Shown here: one piece after another, positions 63,341 through 64,000 of the stretch
How the letters are laid out: each line of letters begins with the position of its first letter
Numbering within the stretch: the first letter of the stretch is position 1
DNA from: Eledone cirrhosa
Taxonomy: Eukaryota
DNA: 64,000 nucleotides
Direction of reading: 5' to 3'
Assembly (NCBI GenBank): GCA_964016885.1
Contig: OZ024740.1
Span: 290,966,001 to 291,030,000, forward strand
Program-made: the position numbers and the translations under genes
Notes under the pieces: model-generated
Database searches by the model: none
Told to the model about the DNA's origin: nothing
What the model saw: only the letters and a program-made list of their open reading frames with translations

Positions 63341-64000
63341 TCTAGTCCTTCGCTCAAGATTAATCTATAAGTTTAGATGTTTGCCTTCGTTTAAGTAAAT
63401 ATTACAGTAAGATTTTTAATATAAACAACTACAAAAAACAATTAATATTAAAACGAAAAAATTATCAATGATAAAAGAAGCGGATGCAACTTTTTTTTTT
63501 ATAAAGTTATATTCCTGTTTCTTTAAAGAACATTTCATTTTTGTTCTATTGTAGGCGAAATAATGCAATGGTTTAATAGGGAAGATATAACTTACGAATT
63601 ATGTCTCTAACCGTGTAACGCTTTTTAAGTAGATAACTACAATTGAAAATACTAAAGAAATGGAACCAACAATTCAATTTGAAAGTCGTCTAGTGACAGT
63701 GTATTACTGGTACTTTATTTTATCGACCCCGTAACGATGAAAGGCAAAAATGCAAATGCTTAAAATTTAAATTGCCTTAATTCTATCGTCTGCTGTTTCA
63801 TTAAAGGGAGATTATCGTCTGTATTTAATTCTATCGTCTACTGTTCCACTAAACAGATATACCTCCACTATCGTCTCTATTTATACATTTTAACTTATAA
63901 CTTATACACATTTGATTTGAAATATTTTATCTAGTCCCCCCTCTCAATATTATGATGATTTCTTTCGAATGAAACAGTTCTAGTCCTGTAGAAACCATTT

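Overview
AT-rich, intron- and repeat-dense animal genomic DNA, most likely cephalopod (octopus-like), inferred from the SINE, RTE-LINE and microsatellite landscape. The only host protein-coding gene I can support is a canonical IkappaB kinase (IKKalpha/beta, CHUK/IKBKB family) on the minus strand. I reconstructed nine coding exons by hand (26814 down to 211; 1134 nt, 378 codons, all GT-AG and phase-consistent), covering the kinase and ubiquitin-like domains; the gene continues past the left edge. The rest is transposon-derived or tandem: RTE LINEs with a PHD-like finger inside the RT, CR1, Tx1/L1, CRE-like and Expander-like relics, a Penelope-like element with inverted pLTR and hammerhead ribozyme, Helitrons, MITEs/foldbacks, SINEs and minisatellites. 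The most unusual observations are: (1) a 624-bp CpG-rich insert resembling an rDNA Pol I promoter/5'ETS inside a SINE-derived 46-bp minisatellite that restarts after the insert; (2) three Helitrons joined head-to-tail; (3) several dispersed hammerhead-ribozyme motifs; (4) an RTE-Tx1 chimeric junction; (5) a TSD-flanked, sense-oriented Tx1 poly(A) cassette just upstream of an IKK exon. Coordinates of degenerate repeats are approximate, and family names rest on motif recognition, not database searches.
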